24,000 nt of DNA from Rickettsiales bacterium (GTDB lineage: Bacteria > Pseudomonadota > Alphaproteobacteria > Rickettsiales > UBA8987). The position numbers and the translations under genes are program-made. Shown one piece after another: positions 22,283 through 24,000 of this stretch (position 1 is the stretch's first letter; the number at the start of each line of letters is the position of its first letter). Location of the stretch: positions 9,494 through 33,493 of the forward strand of contig JANRLM010000010.1 in the NCBI GenBank assembly GCA_033762595.1, in the 5' to 3' direction. The notes beneath the pieces are model-generated. The model searched no databases, had not been told where the DNA came from, and saw only the letters and a program-made list of their open reading frames with translations.

Positions 22283-23676
22283 TTAGATATAGCAACCCCA
22301 ACTAAGGCTCTTTCCTTCGCTTCTTTGATTTCCACTTCAACAATCTTATTCATAAATTCTGGGTGGTTTTCAATGATTACTGGCTGATAATATTCAGTAA
22401 AGCCAACCAAATGATTTTCAAACTTACCTTTGCGAGTGAATAAAACCTTCATTTTTCTGTCAACTTTATCGGCAAGCCTTTCAAACATTTGTTTATCAAT
22501 AAGGGCTTGAAGTTCATTTAAGCGTTCTTTTTTAACTGAAGCTGGGGTTGCATCTTCCAGATTCGCACCCGGTGTTCCCGGCCTTGCGCTATATATAAAT
22601 GAATATGAAAGGGTAAAATTTACATCATTTATAAGTTTAAGAGTATCTCTAAAATCCTCCTCAGTTTCACCGGGGAAGCCGATTATGAAGTCAGAAGAAA
22701 ATTCAATATCTGGGCGAACATTTCTAAATTTATCAATTATTCTGCGGTAATCATCAGCTGTATGCTTGCGATTCATCGCTTTCAAAATTTTATCCGAACC
22801 ACTTTGAATTGGCAAATGCACAAACGGCATCAGCTTTGGAAAATCGCGATGTGCATTAATCAAATCATCTTCCATGTCTCTTGGGTGCGATGTAGTGTAG
22901 CGGATTCTCTGGATTTGCGGAATATTTGAGAGTTTCTCAATAAGTTTTGCAAGCGACCAAGTTGAATTATCAGGGGCTTTTCCATGATATGCATTCACAT
23001 TTTGCCCAAGCAGATTAAGCTCCAAAGTGCCTCTTTCTGCCAGTAACAACGCTTCACGATAAATTTGATTCACATCACGCGAAACCTCAGCACCACGAGT
23101 ATATGGCACAACGCAGAAGGTGCAGAATTTATCACAACCCTCTTGAATTGTTAAGAAAGCTGAGGATTTTACATCGTGAATATCTTTCGGGGCTTTTTCA
23201 TTTTCAATTTCCTCAAGAAGAAAATCAAATTTGTCAATCGTTGAAAAATCAAGCTCAACATTGCCTTTTGCACCTGCCTCAGCGTTTTTTACAAGCATTG
23301 GCAGGCGTTGATAGCTTTGAGGGCCAACAACTATATCAACATAAGGTGCGCGGGATTTTATTTCCGAGCCTTCCGCTTGTGCCACACAACCAGCCACGGC
23401 AACGATTGTTGGCTTGCCTTCAGCTTTGCGTTTATCCTTAAATTTTTTAATTCGGCCGAGGTCAGAATACATTTTCTCTGAGGCTTTTTCACGAATATGA
23501 CAAGTATTAAGAACAATTAAATCGCATTCATCAGAGATTTCTTTTTCAAGCTGGAAGCCGTGATTGCCCATTGTTCCGCCCATTTTTTCAGAGTCATAAA
23601 AATTCATCTGACAACCATAAGTTTTGATGAACATTTTTTTCTGATTAGCGTCGCTATGTAAATCAGTTTGTTGCAT
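22279..23676 (-). CDS. miaB: tRNA-i6A37 methylthiotransferase MiaB
   Basis: 465 aa. FIKTYGCQMN (N-terminal cluster), the radical-SAM motif CDKFCTFCVVP, and a TRAM-like C-terminus. An alternative start at Met15 is possible. Confidence 0.9.
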   Translation of the reverse strand: MQQTDLHSDANQKKMFIKTYGCQMNFYDSEKMGGTMGNHGFQLEKEISDECDLIVLNTCHIREKASEKMYSDLGRIKKFKDKRKAEGKPTIVAVAGCVAQAEGSEIKSRAPYVDIVVGPQSYQRLPMLVKNAEAGAKGNVELDFSTIDKFDFLLEEIENEKAPKDIHDVKSSAFLTIQEGCDKFCTFCVVPYTRGAEVSRDVNQIYREALLLAERGTLELNLLGQNVNAYHGKAPDNSTWSLAKLIEKLSNIPQIQRIRYTTSHPRDMEDDLINAHRDFPKLMPFVHLPIQSGSDKILKAMNRKHTADDYRRIIDKFRNVRPDIEFSSDFIIGFPGETEEDFRDTLKLINDVNFTLSYSFIYSARPGTPGANLEDATPASVKKERLNELQALIDKQMFERLADKVDRKMKVLFTRKGKFENHLVGFTEYYQPVIIENHPEFMNKIVEVEIKEAKERALVGVAISK

Positions 23677-23687
23677 TGTGAATTATA

Positions 23688-24000
23688 CTAAACCTTCATA
23701 GTTTTCTTAACTTTTTCAACCTTTTTAACAATCATATCTCTTTTCATTTTTGAGATGTAATCCACGAAAACTATGCCGTTAAGATGGTCAATTTCGTGTT
23801 GAATGCATACTGAAGCGAGGCCCTCAAACTCTTGTGTTCTCTCTTTACCGAAAGAATCTAAATATTTTACGATTACTTTTTTTGGTCTTTCAACTTCTGC
23901 AAATTGCGTTGGGAAGGAAAGGCAACCTTCTTCAAAAACGAATTTTTCTTCAGATGAAAAAATAATTTCTGGATTGATAAGGAATATTGGATCTGGCGAT
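23688..24000 (-). CDS. def: Peptide deformylase, C-terminal part (gene runs off the right edge of the window)
   Basis: Absent from the ORF track. My minus-strand translation reads ...FVFEEGCLSFPTQFAEVERPKKV...SVCIQHEIDHLNGIVFVDYISKMKRDMIVKKVEKVKKTMKV*. It contains the EGCLS and HEIDHL metal-binding motifs. Confidence 0.88.
   Translation of the reverse strand, partial: SPDPIFLINPEIIFSSEEKFVFEEGCLSFPTQFAEVERPKKVIVKYLDSFGKERTQEFEGLASVCIQHEIDHLNGIVFVDYISKMKRDMIVKKVEKVKKTMKV

Noticed and set aside
16659-23441. ORFs 16659..16895 (+), 17198..17434 (+), 18141..18431 (-), 20356..20559 (+) and 23103..23441 (+)
   Set aside because: They are antisense to holC/purB, purB, the R-M upstream ORF, the RDD gene and miaB respectively. 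None has supporting signals.

Overview
AT-rich bacterial chromosome segment. Gene content suggests an alphaproteobacterium, possibly an endosymbiont-like Rickettsiales/Holosporales relative: alpha-type SspB, single-lipoyl PdhC, short FtsY, and a mraZ-rsmH-ftsL-ftsI block cut off after ftsI. This lineage call is inference only. All protein calls rest on motifs read by eye in the supplied translations; no database search was possible.

Core genes:
- Minus strand, left end: ftsY (partial), rdgB, an EamA-type transporter.
- Plus strand: tRNA-Glu(UUC), sspB, a small conserved ORF, mraZ, rsmH, ftsL, ftsI.
- cysNC (-), pdhC (+).
- Minus strand, right half: holC, purB, an RDD-family protein, bioD, bioC, miaB, def (partial).

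Accessory or unusual content:
1. A ~4.1 kb islet sits directly after tRNA-Glu. It is bounded by a decayed second copy of the tRNA 3' end plus downstream sequence. Inside it, a 56-bp direct repeat brackets an XRE-LuxR-LuxI quorum-sensing cassette with small unknown partner ORFs and a CT-N12-AG lux-box-like palindrome.
2. The islet also holds a GC-richer, ORF-free, highly structured ~500 nt stretch.
3. A 32-bp perfect inverted repeat is read in the same frame ([10 protein letters not shown]) inside both cysNC and pdhC.
4. An unknown 132-aa ORF sits where cysD would be expected.
5. A NucS/DUF91-like PD-(D/E)xK nuclease ORF is tightly coupled to the pdhC stop.
6. A type II R-M-like pair (unknown ORF plus Dam-family DPPY methyltransferase) lies between purB and the RDD gene.
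7. A family of CCCCGCA-TTTAT-TGCGGGG palindromic (REP/RPE-like) elements fills several intergenic regions.
8. Ten-bp phased (A/T)CCA repeats lie upstream of mraZ.
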